Source of the DNA: Glaucostegus cemiculus
Taxonomy: Eukaryota
Length of the DNA stretch: 64,000 bases
Direction of reading: 5' to 3'
Assembly: GCA_976551045.1 (NCBI GenBank)
Contig: CDPCPM010000014.1
Coordinates: 7,998,001 to 8,062,000 of the forward strand
Part shown: positions 38,701 through 50,630 of the stretch, piece after piece
Numbering within the stretch: the stretch's first letter is position 1
How the letters are laid out: every line of letters begins with the position of its first letter
Position numbers and translations under genes: made by a program
Notes under the pieces: model-generated
What the model saw: only the letters and a program-made list of their open reading frames with translations
The model's database searches: none
Told to the model about the DNA's origin: nothing

Positions 38701-41700
38701 GTTGCAGCTGGCACACATGCTACAGCTACAAAAAAACACGTATGTCTTCACAGAGGATAACCCAATTCACTAGTTCTGAAAAAAACTCAGTTGGCTGGCT
38801 TATGATTTATTTCTGTATTGTCCAAATCTCACATAGGTTTGTCAATTTCAATATTACTTTCTTAATGCAATGGAAATTCACCATCAATCACTACTAGAAT
38901 TTCCATATTTGACCTCTTCAGGTTGCAATTGTCACCGAGGCCCCAGAATCACACAGTTGTTACCTTGGTTTATGACGGGAACCAATAAAGTGGCTGGTGC
39001 TCACCTGTTGAATTCGAATGAGTCCCTGATGATGGTGGGCACCCAGCTTTGAACCCTCCATGGTGTACCTCTGTAGCCTATTCCTCTGGGACCACTGCCA
39101 AAGTATTGAGATTATAGGACTGTAGAATAATATAACACAAAAAGAGGTTATTCTGCGCATTGCACTGCACTGGCTCTTTGAAGGACTGACCGCCCTGCAC
39201 TTTCTTTAGTGTTCTGCATTTTTTTCCCAAAAGAGATCTAATTCTCTTTTGAAAGTTGCTATTTAATTTGTTTCCAACACCCTTTCAGATGGTGCTGTTT
39301 GATCTTTACAATGCATCAACTAAAAGAAATTCACACTTTTGTATGCCCATTGATTTTCTTATCAACAAAGATAAATTCTCTGGAAATGTCTATAGCAACT
39401 TCGGATAATCTCCTGTAATATGAGTTGATTGTTTGTTAATATAAATTGTTTAAAGCATAGGTTTGCTATATCATAAACAATTTAAGTTCTGCTCCAGGAA
39501 AATGAAATGTATCTTCCTTGTTGCTTTCTATTTCCAAAATGTTAATCAAGTGAAAGAAATAATTCTTGTTCCAAGGAATTGTGAGTAAACTGGAATCCTA
39601 AAACTAGCTAATGATATTTCCATTTTCAGGACGAGTTGGCCCTTTTTGCTTGTCATATTCTGTTTTAATTGGGTGATAGTTGGTGAAAAAAGTGCAGTTC
39701 TTTGAAATTAAAACCAAATTAAGGCCTAGCCTGAAACGTGCAAAAATAAAGGCTGTGTGAGTATTTGAAGGGTGACTTCATATGACATCTTTGATAATGC
39801 TGGCTCTTACATTGTAGGTATTGGGGGAGGGGTTGGATATTGTTGGAAATCTTCTGAGCCTGCGCCCAGATGCCCAGCATTCCAGTATGCAGTGACTATT
39901 TTTAAACCAGCTGGTTCCTTTACAGGCCCTTGCTTCAATCTGCCTGATTTGCCAATATCTGCTGTGTTTAGGCAGAGACCCAGGAGAAACTCCTTGTAAA
40001 AATATTGCTGACTAGCCTACCATCAAATGATGGTGACTGTCTTCTCAGCATGACAAGCTGTTGCTTTGAGAGCTCAATGACCTAAACCACATATGTCACT
40101 TGAAAGGCAGCAAGAGTCTTGAGCATAAGTAAAAGATGTGAGACAGTGAATCAGTAACCCTCCCGATACTCCACATGATTTCCCTTTCCAATAGATTTGA
40201 GAACATCAGCAAAAGAAATGGAGTTCATGTGAACAGTGAGAGCAGATTGATTATGGAGGGGAGCACTGTAAAGTTAGTGAATGGGCTTGGAAAAGAGTAA
40301 TGATCAAGTGAAGCAAGGTTGGAAGGGAACACTGAGGGGTTGCTATAGAAAGGAAGGGAGGGGACAAAAAATATATAAGTTGGGCTGTCTGATGGGGTAG
40401 TGGTTACCCAAGGCAGAAGTGAGCTTGGTTGCATGTTTACATCACTTGAGATACACAGAGAAAAAGTTCTGTGTTTGCATGAATAATATGCAACGCAGTG
40501 ATTTGTGACATTTATAGCATGGCTCTGAATGCTGAGATTTAGTCAAGCTATGCAGAATATGTCACTTGAGTCAGACTGTCCCCAAGAGCTGATAGTATAA
40601 GGTAGCCCAGATTTTGTGGGGCATTAGCAGCAATTACCCAAACTTCCACAATTACTGTCGGATATTGTGGTGATTTTCAAGGATGCACGTTGATTTTGGA
40701 CTCCTCACAAAACCTAGCTCTGGAGTGTGGATTTGTATGCATTCATCAGCACTTACACAGAGAAATCTGGCTCAGTAAACTGTGCCAGGTTAGACCCAGT
40801 GCAGGAATGAGTGGCTAGAAATGCAACCCCGGATGGTGACACAAAACACACTGCACACTCGCTATACGTTGTACTCTGCCTCCAAAACCTGTTCCATGGT
40901 CTTCAATCGAATGAGTATAATGTGCTAATGCTACATATATATAGTGTTATTAATTTGTGTGTCAGCTTTTTCAATGAGCAGAAGGTGGGTGATGCTTGTA
41001 ATATAAGGGATAATTGACAAGAACCAGGTGCAGGTGAGAATTTTCCTTACATGGTGAGCTTTTAGGAACTGGATCCCAATTCTTGAAAAGGCAGTAGAAG
41101 CAGATTTAAACTAGTAATGGATACATAATTGATGATGAAATGTTTGTAAAGCTGTATGCAAGCTAACCCAGGGACAATGGCTGAACAACCACCTTCTGTG
41201 TCACTGTCAATCTGTGGTTTGGATGATTTTATTTTAATGGGCAACATGCACAGGAAGAATTGTCATAAAAATATAAAAGGAATTTAATGAGGCATCGAGC
41301 TACAAGTGAGCACCATCTGGATTTACAATTCTGGATCTATTGATCAACTTATATTTGTATTTTGTGACGCTCCAGGCCATATTGATGATTTGTTTAATAT
41401 GATCTAGGATTTATGTCTTTGCAAAACAATATTGTTTGAAATTTTTTACAGGTATTCAAATTATATGTTGAAATGATTTTAAGCCTTTTAACTTCTGAAC
41501 ATACAAGTTTAATTTTTGGTCCCAATAAAGGTGTCAAATTAAATTAGAATGTATTAAAAGATCAAAGAATTCAGTTTTGGAGCAAAAATCCAGATAATGT
41601 TAAAAATAATGACTTGGAAATTAAATTTAATATTGTGTTGACTACTAGACCCTAAGCAACTTGACAAGATAAAATGGTTTTTTTTAAGCTGACATTTGCT

Positions 41701-42940
41701 TCCTGTGGGAATTTAGTTTCACAAGGTAATGTCAATAAACTGGTAGCACACTACAAACCAATTAGTAAAAGCTTTATGTCAGGATTGTGACTGTAGAAAA
41801 GATTTTTTAAATGCCAACGGTACAATATCACATTACCTCTTTGGAAGAATTTGCAGTACTTAGGATTATTTGTGCTTGTATATCATGGTTATGATGTTAA
41901 ACTTGGTGAATGAAAAAAATAACTTGCTGACACACATTATGCTCTGGTTCTTGAGTGTCTATGTGCAGAAGCTGCATTTGTTTACTGTTGATTGAATAAT
42001 AACTTCAAAGCAAACAAAAGAAAACAGAACAGAATGATAGTCAGAAAGTGTACATCAGACGTTATGGATAAAGGGAACCATGAAAGATGTAAAATCATTA
42101 AACCAGGAGAGAAATGAAAGAGAATATGATAAAATATAAGTGCATTTAATACAATCACATGAGGCTAGAAATTCTCCAGTGTCTGAAAAAGCACATTAAA
42201 ATGGTTCCACCTGGGTTGGGAGTGGAAAGGGTAGATGCCATCACAATGGTTTTTGTGAGGCTCCAGCATCAAAATTCTATCAAGCACCAAGCCTAAGACT
42301 ATGTATGTGACAGGACAAGCTTTGCACACTTTGTGCACAAAGGCGTTTCCTCTGCTAGCCCCACCATTGTGCAGTTAGCGGAGGAAGTCAATTAGACTGC
42401 GGGATTGTGGAGAGGAGATTGGGAAGGCAGAGGGAGAATTGGGTCAGTGTCAGTGGATCCACAGGTTTGGGAAACATGATGGTCTGGGAAGTAGATTAGA
42501 ATGGACCAGAGTTGTGGGTGGGTTGGTGGGATCAGGCCAATCGGGGTATAGGGGGTTTGGTTGAGTGTCAGGCATAAGACTGAAGATTAAGGGATTTGGA
42601 TACAAATAGGATTGTAGTCTGCAGTTGGTCAGTATGTAGCTGGGATTGGGTATTGGTTTGACATGTAAATGGGAGCCTCGGAGACAGCACAGAGTGGTAG
42701 CTAGCTGTGGGGAGGAGTGGAGAGAATGAACACACAATAAACCACATTAAGTAGGACCTCCCTCTAAAAGATGATGGACACTTTGTACTCCCTGACAATA
42801 CTCGGGAAGGTAGGATTGTCTTAAGTTAATGAAGCAGGCCTCAACTTTCTGACTAAGGCCCACTGAGCTGTTTATAGACCTTCCCAGTGCACAGGACTTT
42901 TGCCACATTGATGTCCAAACTTGCTCTACATGCTATTTAA

Positions 42941-43111
42941 NNNNNNNNNNNNNNNNNNNNNNNNNNNNNNNNNNNNNNNNNNNNNNNNNNNNNNNNNNNN
43001 NNNNNNNNNNNNNNNNNNNNNNNNNNNNNNNNNNNNNNNNNNNNNNNNNNNNNNNNNNNNNNNNNNNNNNNNNNNNNNNNNNNNNNNNNNNNNNNNNNNN
43101 NNNNNNNNNNN
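42941..43111. other. Assembly gap (171 N)
   Basis: Run of n characters ending one base before the ERV 3' LTR. Confidence 1.
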
Positions 43112-43112
43112 T

Positions 43113-43693
43113 TGTTGTGAGAAAATGTTCTTTTGAGGTCTTAAAGGAAAAGGACTCTGGGCACAGTCTTTGGAGTTTTAAAAATGATTTATTCGCAAAG
43201 ACAAATGCAGGAACAGAATGAAGTGGAATGGATGAACACACACACACACACACACACGCATGCACACACACACACACACACACTAACTGGTTACAAATGA
43301 TCGGGGAAAAACAACACAATGCTTGAAGCCCCTGATTCTGTGCAAGCGTTGGCTCTAAACCATCAGGAATCTACTCAGGCTGTTCCTAACCCCTATGGAA
43401 GTGCACACTCCTTCCAATGGTCCCTTCGGTGTGGTTTCGATTCCTGCAGCAATCAGTAAGAGACTGAACCATGTACGTGCAGCATTTTTTATAGTGCTGG
43501 AGAGCTGGGTGGAGCCAGCCCAGGTGATTCAAAAGGTCCAGTAGCTCATGACCAGGTACAAAGGTGTGTACAGAAGCCAATGGTTAAGAGTGTGCACGAA
43601 TGGATGAATGGAGCTAGACCTTGATTGACAGTGGTGTCGGTTTTGACCGGTGCTCAATGGTGTCATGTGACAGCCATGACCTTCCACACTACA
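43113..43693 (-). repeat. 3' LTR (581 bp)
   Basis: Minus strand TGTAGTGTGGAAGG...CACAACA; TATAAAAA at ~43486-43493, AATAAA at 43188-43193, internal (CA)n; aligns with 47059-47644. Confidence 0.92.
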
Positions 43694-43705
43694 TTCCACC
43701 CCTTG
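43694..43705 (-). promoter_or_regulatory. Polypurine tract
   Basis: CAAGGGGTGGAA immediately before the TGT start of the 3' LTR; typical class III ERV PPT. Confidence 0.85.
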
Positions 43706-43775
43706 AAAGTAACACCACTTGCCAATCATAGGAATAACTATCACTAAGCTAAGAACCATGCATCAGTGTGCAGTA

Positions 43776-45006
43776 CTAATGGAAGGCAGAAGTGGTTCTA
43801 ATAATCTGACAAGCACAGCACAAAATACAGATAGCTATAACAATTAGAACGAGGGCAGTGGCTCAGTGGATGACAGTTGCCCACCATCTCCCCAGTGACC
43901 CAAACGGCCACCAGCTTCCCCATGAGGTGTCGTGCTGGAGGAGCTGGTTCCTCACTTTTTGTATTTTAGCCACCCAGTCCTGAATGTGAGCAGCCAGGTT
44001 AGTGATGTTGTTGGACTCATCATGGATAAAGGTAGAGCATCCTTACCAATCACTGTACAGGTGCCATCGTTCACAGGGAGTAGGTAGTCCAGGGCCATCG
44101 ATTCTGCAGGGCGACCAACCTGATGGCCACCAGCTTCACTGCCGTCATCCCCAGGGCATCCTTGGTGTGTTGCAGTGACATCTTCATTTCGTCAGCCAGT
44201 GTCTGGAGCATGCTGGTCATCCGGATGACTTTATGGGACAGTTGGGTCGTGCCATACGTGGGAAAGGCTATCATCCAGAATCTCTCTACCGCTGTGACGG
44301 CTCTTTTGTCCCAATGGCCACTGTACGCTGGGTCCTCCCCAAGGTCATTGAGACCGTGGATGTAGGGCACGACAAACGCTAGAAAACAGCAACCGTACCA
44401 GCTTGTGGGGAGCCACAAAGTAGGCACGGTGGCCACAAATCCAGTGGGTCCCGTTCAAACTCCAGGGGGCCCCCAGTTTAGTGGCCCCGCCGGCCGTGGT
44501 CACTGAGGTCCCTGGGTACCAGTTTCGCTCATAATCACTATGGCCAACTGGAAAGGTGGAGCTGTGCTCATTCTGGAGTCTGCACCACCATTCCCTGGGC
44601 TTACTCAGCGGCTGCGGGATGACTCTGAGGGTCGGGACTCAGGTGGAGGTCAAACTGTAGGAAGGGAAGTACCATCTCCTGAAACACCCACCCCACCGGG
44701 AATCGCTGGGAGGAATGTCCTGTAGTGGTGAGGGGAGTGGTGGGGAACTGCCATCTGGCCCCTCCCCAAACCAAACCTGACAGATGCAAAAAGTCTGTGT
44801 AAGCAGTTCATTTAGAGATCATCCAGGGGGATCGGTGTAAGTGGTAGAGCTTCACCGGCGAATGCTGGGGTTCAGACGCCAGTCCAGCAGTCTGACCGGT
44901 TGGAGGTGTTGGCGAACTCGTAGGCGATTCGGAGGAAGATGTTAGCAGGCGTTCGAATGCCAATTGTTGCAGTGAGCAGAAGGAGTGACTGAAGTAGTGC
45001 CATCAT
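43776..45006 (-). pseudogene. env: Retroviral env (gamma-type TM), disrupted by stops and frameshifts
   Basis: Signal peptide MMALLQSLLLLTATIG, then NIFLRIAYEFANTSNRSDCWT; furin-like WDKR/AV; LQNR-MALDYLL immunosuppressive domain; CTVIGK(E)C(S) CX6CC remnant (both after correcting 1-nt frameshifts); Trp-rich WGSWWPFGSLGRWW; TM ATALVLIVIAICILCC. Confidence 0.88.
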
Positions 45007-45046
45007 CCTGTAGGGTGTGGGGGGGGGGAGGTGTTGAGGAACAAAC

Positions 45047-45441
45047 TCATTCTCGGTGGGTCAGGCGTTGGTTATGAAAGCAGGATAGGTTAGTTTGATC
45101 TGGAATCGCGACCCACCAGGTGTCCCTCGGACCACGCGCAATGACTTCTCCCTTCTGAGGGGTCCCTGTGGCTGTTGGACCTACAGTCTCCCTAAGTCTT
45201 CAGTCTCAGGGGGTTCGGGGTTTTGTAAGTCGGGTGGTGGGGAGTGTGCCAGATGGAGGGATAACGGGGATCCCCCTAGCCCAGTGGGCCGTGTATTTAG
45301 CAGGTTGACGGCCTGCTGTAGCACGTTCTATCACCCCTGCAGTGTGCGGGAAGGCATTAGCGTGAGTATTGTTTCCTCCAGCAGGCCTTTCATTCTTTCA
45401 ATCAGGCCCAATGATTGTGCACCGTAGGGGAGACTGTTTCA
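45047..45441 (-). pseudogene. pol: Integrase C-terminal half (pol remnant)
   Basis: LPYGAQSLGLIERMKGLLEETIL...QG**NVLQQAVNLLNTRPTGLGGSP (core with the catalytic E) and KGEVIARGPRDTWWV (ERV-L/S-type C-terminal domain); stop at 45047-45049. Confidence 0.8.
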
Positions 45442-45471
45442 GGTGGGGGAGGGTGGAGACAGTATCAGTGT

Positions 45472-47013
45472 CTACGGGGGCAGACCACATGGTCCGGCCA
45501 TTGGGGGTGCCCCCGTGTCAGACCTGGACCCAGAGTGACTGTGGGTCTTCCCCCAGCCTGGCTTCCCCCCACAGAGCTCCTTCCATTGTGCGTGGAGAAT
45601 GGGGGTCGGGAGCACACCTATGCTGGCGGGGTCCACCCCTGCGCGCAACAGGTCCAGGTACATCTGTTTGCGTGTGAGATGAGAGGTGGTGTCCCCAGCC
45701 CTCGTCTCTGCTCTACAAACTGGGGTGGGTGCCCCCTACTGCATGTACTCTAGCCTTTCTAGGAGAGTGATGGCTTCCCGTACGGTCTTTCCACTAGCCG
45801 GTCCCATGAGGGGCAGGACCACTGGCCTCAGGTTGGGGCAGTTGGTGGCAACCAGATACCCACCTAACACGCTGGTCGCTGTGGTATTTTCTAACAGCTC
45901 GAGGTCACCAGTCCCCGCATAAATGCCAGTCACTAGTGCCAATTCCCTGATGACACTGGTGCCCTCACTGACTGTGCTCTGCTGTGGCTGCCTATATAGG
46001 TCCCACTTGAGGAGGGTAGGGTACCGGACCCTCATGGTGGTCACTACTCAATCCCACAGGGTAGCGGTGTCTCCGATCCCTTCCGGTGGTGCCCATAGGG
46101 CATTATTAATGCTCTGTTGATCAGACAAGCTCCCCAGGGCGCTTGCTTTCTGGTGAGACAGGCTCACGTTGGGAGCCCCTCACCCCACAGTCGGAGCAGC
46201 CATACAGCCATCTGTTCACCCGACCACTGGCGGTACTGATCCTCCAGCTGGGTAAGCTCTTTAACAGAGAAGTCCAGGGTTTCCGTGGTTGCAGCGGGAC
46301 TGTGCGCATTTTCCCCTACGGAGGTCTCATCCTGACTCCCTTCCCTTCCATGGCGGACCTGGGACCATGTCACGACGGGATGAGCTTGCAGGGGTTTGGG
46401 TGCCTAGGGTGGAAGGCGGGTGTGATGGGACTCAGGCTCTTCGGATGTCCCCTCCTCATCATTATCCATCCGTATGTCGCCATCCTCCAGCCATGCGTCC
46501 AGCTTGTTGCTGCGCTGGACCAAGGCACAGATCTTGAATGGGTCCGCCTGCCAGCCAGACCTGCAGGCTGCCTGCACTTGCTGCAGCTGAATCAGCCTGC
46601 AGGCGATGTCAGTAACCCTGGCCTCGAGGTCGTTGGCCCATGTCTGTGCAGTCTGAATTGCCTCCTGCAGTGTACAGCATTGCTGCTGGAGCACCTCTAT
46701 CTCCCTTTCCTTCTGGAGACATGTACTCTGCAACTGGCTAGTAATCCCCACCTGGCTTCACAGGAGGGACACGAGTAGTCAGAAGGCACCCCCTTGACTC
46801 CCTTTGGCTCTGGGGAACCCCAACTTCTGGAGGAGGGTGACCACGTGGTACCCCAGTTTCTCACCATGTGGATCCAACTGCTCAGCCCAGTCCACTGGTT
46901 TACCGTGGTCTGCCAGCATGCTTGCAAATCCCTCACTCTCATCGATCCACCCGGGAATCCTCTCCTCAGTGCCTGCACTGGCCTTCTTCCCCATTCCAAA
47001 ACATCCTTCCCAT
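45472..47013 (-). pseudogene. gag: Class III retroviral gag, frameshifted
   Basis: MGRMF/GMGKK..IPGW..LADHGKPVDW; coiled coil LQKEREIEVLQQQ..; WLEDGDI; DFSVKELTQLEDQYRQWSGEQMAVWLLRLWGEG; TVSEGTSVIRELAL; MYLDLLRAGVDPASI..PTPILHAQWKEL. These resemble ERV-L/S Gag blocks; no CCHC knuckle seen. Confidence 0.82.
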
Positions 47014-47038
47014 GTCTGTGTCAAGCCAAGACCTTAAG

Positions 47039-47056
47039 ACCCTGCTCGCAGCACCA
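47039..47056 (-). promoter_or_regulatory. Primer-binding site complementary to tRNA-Ser
   Basis: TGGTGCTGCGAGCAGGGT, 2 nt after the 5' LTR; 16/18 match to the recalled vertebrate tRNA-Ser(UGA) 3' end ACCCTGCTCGCTGCGCCA. Confidence 0.8.
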
Positions 47057-47058
47057 AA

Positions 47059-47189
47059 TGTTGTGGGAAAAGGATCTTTGAGGTCTCAAAGGGCAAGGAC
47101 TCTGGGCACAATCTTTGGAGTTTTAAAAATGATTTATTCACAAAGACAAATGCGGGAACAGAATGAATGGGAACTGATGAACACACACA

Positions 47190-47237
<48 letters not shown>

Positions 47238-47644
47238 CACAGAAACTGGTTACAAATTATCAGGGAAAAAATAAAACAATGCCTGAACCCCTGACTCTGT
47301 GTAAGCATCAGCTCTACGCTACCGGGAATCTACTCAGGATGCTCCTAACCCCTATGGAAGTGCACACTGTTTCCAGTGGTCCCTTGGGTGTGGTTTCAAT
47401 TCCTGCAGCAATCAATAAGAGACTGAACCATGCACAAGCAGCATTCTTTATAGTGCTGGAGAGCAGCCCAGGTGATTCAAAAGGTCCAGTAGGTCATGGC
47501 CAGGTTCAAAGGTGTGTACCCTCTTGGCCAAAGGTCAAGAGGGTGCACTAATGGGTGGGTGGAGCTAGACCTTGATTGACAGTGGTGACGCTTTCGACCG
47601 GTGCTCAACGGTGTCACGTGACAGCCATGACCTTTCACACTACA
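47059..47644 (-). repeat. 5' LTR (586 bp)
   Basis: Minus strand TGTAGTGTGAAAGG...CCCACAACA; internal (CA)/(CACG)n; GTCACGTGAC E-box; right flank GGTAT. Confidence 0.92.
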
Positions 47645-48899
47645 GGTATGGATCAAATTTCTGGAAATGCACATCATGGCCTCAAAGGATCTGACTGTTT
47701 AGTGATTGGTTTCACTGGATTCACTGGATGGAGCTGTTCATAAACATGCTGTGTTGCACGTGAGAATTTCTATGCCGTTGAATATAAAGATCAAGTCAAA
47801 TGAACTGCATGTGGAAATTCAAATTGGACAAGTTGATGTGGCAGCCTTTACTGGCACAAGGCAGAAAGATAGTCTAGACTAAATATGCCAGGTTATAATG
47901 TTGACAGGAAGAATTGGTCAAGTGGTAGACAGGACTGACTAGCTTCAGTAACAAAACTGAAAGTGAAAATATATAAAAATGCAAATGTGAGTTCAGGGAA
48001 ATATCCTTGGATGATATATACATAGACTTCCAGAAGACATTTGATAAAATATTGTGGCCCAGATATTCACTGGTGCTGCAGAGTGGATGTTAACAGCTCA
48101 TTAGGTAGTGTGTCAGTGACTGTTTTGGTCACATGCCTACCGCCACAAAATTCAGCTACACCTGAGGCCAAACTGAATGGCCCTTACACACCTTCCTCTG
48201 CATACTGTGCCTTTATGGAACATACAGAGGAAAATATCAGGTAAATTCAGGAGTGGATGTGCATCAGAATCCTGGAATGGGGGATTCAAGGGATAGTGGT
48301 TGAGTCAGGGTCTTGATAGAGGGTCATGAGTCAAATTAGAGCCTTCATCAGATGTTGGATTAGGGATATGGAGGTGCAGAGCTGGGGAATGATTGAGGGT
48401 TCAAATGTCTGAATCAGGAATGACTGAGGGCTCAGTGAGTGGGTGAAAGAGGTCAGTACTGTGATGGTGGGGTGAAAGTGGTGCCTAAAGGAGAACAGGT
48501 GTATAAGGGACCTGTGAGGGGTTTCCAAGCCGTGGGCTGGGATCTGCTCAGGAGCAGTGATATTGAAATATGATTTTAATGAGCCACTTTTAACGTGCAC
48601 AATCATAATTGGACCTCAGAACAACATGACCTAGTTTCCCTGGCAAGGCTCAAGAGGAGGGTTTCACAGGGAATACTTCACTCTATGTGTATCTGATGCA
48701 GAAACTGCATCATCTGGACAAACAGCTTTTATGGCCACAAGTGCCTGGTCAAATTGCTGCAGTGGACAATTTGATATGGAAATTGTTGCAATCACATTCC
48801 ACTCCAGAAATAAATCATTTTTATTTATGTGGTGCTGAAAGAACAGTGGAACATGTACAAAATTCTGGGTCTGATAACTACTGATGCAGTACATGCAAC

Positions 48900-49575
48900 T
48901 GAAAGCAAATAAATGGCTAGGCTGGAAAACAGGCTGAATGGCAGGAGACAGAGAGAAGGGGCAATGGACAGATACAAATGTACAGGTTAGCAAAATGTGA
49001 TCATCTGCAAGGACGTGCTTTGTTTATTAATTACTTAGCTGATGGGATGGAAAACCACAAATTTGCCAATGAGAGTTAGCAAAGACAGAAGCATAAATTA
49101 CAGAGATATTAATAACATGAATGAGTAGAACTGGGGCACATGGATTTCATTGTGGGCAAATGTGATGTCATCTACTACGTACAGACAAAGGATAGAACAG
49201 AGTACGTTCCAAATGGTGAAAAATCAGAAGCAGTGGAGGTCAAAAGATTTCCATGTACAAATGTCATAGACACGCACAGAGATTAAAGGAAATAAAGGAA
49301 AACTGAAAGAGAAGGGAGTAGACATTGTGCTTCAGATATGCAGATCCTGGTTCAGCCACATTTGGAGTATTAATGGAAGTGCTGGACAGAGCTCCTTCGG
49401 AAGTGTATATTGGCTTTGAAGTTAATAGCTCATACATTTATTGGAATGGCATCTGCACACTATAAGTTAAATAACAAATGGGTATTACACAAGGGTTCGA
49501 GGTGTTTTCCCTGGAATCTGGAAGATTAAAGTGCTGACATGATTCACATTTTCAGGATATTAATAGGACTAATAT
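48900..49575 (+). mobile_element. Old degraded CR1-type RT fragment
   Basis: AAATTTGCCAATGA (KFADD-like), CTGGTTCAGCCACATTTGGAGTATT (RPHLEY-like). Confidence 0.55.
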
Positions 49576-49589
49576 GATAGTTTGAGGTC

Positions 49590-49755
49590 CATGTTGTAGA
49601 TACTCAGCAGGCCGGGGGCATCAGTGGAGGGATAAAACAGAATTGACATTTCAAGTTAATGACCTTTCAACAGTTCTGATGCTGCCTGACCAGCTGAGTA
49701 CTTCCAATATTTTCTGTCTTCATTACAGGTTTCCTACACTTGCAGGTTGTTGTTT
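49590..49755. mobile_element. Foldback element of inverted Penelope-type tails
   Basis: ACTCAGCAGGCCGGGGGCATC ... GATGCTGCCTGACCAGCTGAGT inverted arms. Confidence 0.65.
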
Positions 49756-49759
49756 TCCT

Positions 49760-50630
49760 TCCACATTGCTGTTGAGTAGGGAGTTCCAGGTCTTAGGTCC
49801 AGTAGTGCTGGTGAAGGAACAGCGGCGTAATGTCAAATCGGGATTTGTGTGACTTGGAGCGAAACCAGCAGGTGAAGTCATCCTCAGCTGCCTGAAGCTC
49901 ATGTCCTTCTTGGTGATAGAGGTCACAGGTCTGAGAGGTGCAGTCGGGGTAGTCAAGGTGGAAAACTGTAGTGTACTTGCAATTGATACTCACTGAAGCC
50001 GTGGTGCACCAATATGTAGGATAATGGATGAGGTGCCAATCTAGCAGGATGCTTTGTTCTGGTTGATGTCAAGCTTCTTGAGAGTTGTTGGAAATGAACT
50101 CATCCATGCAACTGAAGAGAATTTAAATGCCTGACTTGTGTTTTGTAGACAGTAGAATGGTTTTGGAGTATTAGTAAGTAAGCCACTCACTGCAGGATAT
50201 CCAGTCTCTGACTGGTTCTGGCCACCACAATATTTGTGAGGCCTCTATGGTTGTGTTTCTGGTCAATGCTGATCCCAGGTGATGAGAGATTTGGAAATAA
50301 TAATACAAGTCCTCCCCAGCTTACGAATGCTCGACTTATGAATGGCCCATCTGTATGAACGAGCATCTGGGAGACCAGTGGGATGGACTTGTGGGCTGAT
50401 GTGGGGTTGCAAGCATCTTCTGCTGCCTGGGAACTTGATTGGTGGCCAAATTTCTGATTTGCAAACTGTTTGGGTTATGAACAGCTCACAGGAACAAAAC
50501 CTTCTCGTAACCAGGGGAGGATCTGTATCATTGAATATCCGGGGTAGGTGGTTAGACTCACACTTGTTGGAGATGACCATTGCTTGGTGTTTTGTGATGG
50601 GAACATTACTTGCTGCATCAGTCAGTACAG
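49760..50630 (-). mobile_element. LINE fragment (family of 7420-7740), interrupted by a MITE
   Basis: GTAGGGAGTTCCAGGTCTTAGGTCCAG..GGTGAAGGAACAGCGG matches the 7530-7640 copy; minus-strand peptide TGPKTWNSLLN is a LINE ORF2 C-terminal motif. Confidence 0.6.
50306..50525. mobile_element. Tc1/mariner (pogo/Tigger-like) MITE, 220 bp
   Basis: TA|CAAGTCCTCCCCAGCTTACGA ... TCGTAACCAGGGGAGGATCTG|TA: imperfect ~21-bp TIRs with TA on both sides. Confidence 0.8.

Larger units (their letters stand above)
43113..47644 (-). mobile_element. Endogenous retrovirus, class III (ERV-S/ERV-L-like): LTR-gag-(integrase remnant)-env-LTR, decayed, antisense to pax5
   Basis: Two ~580-bp direct repeats with TG..CA ends; tRNA-Ser-like PBS; CAAGGGGTGGAA PPT; Gag, IN and Env peptide motifs on the - strand. 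Confidence 0.92.

Noticed and set aside
42440-42730. G-rich GGGATT/GGGTCA stretch
   Set aside because: No stable period or family could be assigned; G-runs too irregular to claim a quadruplex array.
46143-47551. 211-aa and 227-aa plus-strand ORFs
   Set aside because: Antisense to gag/LTR; open because of GC richness and the (CACG)n repeat, with no recognisable motifs.
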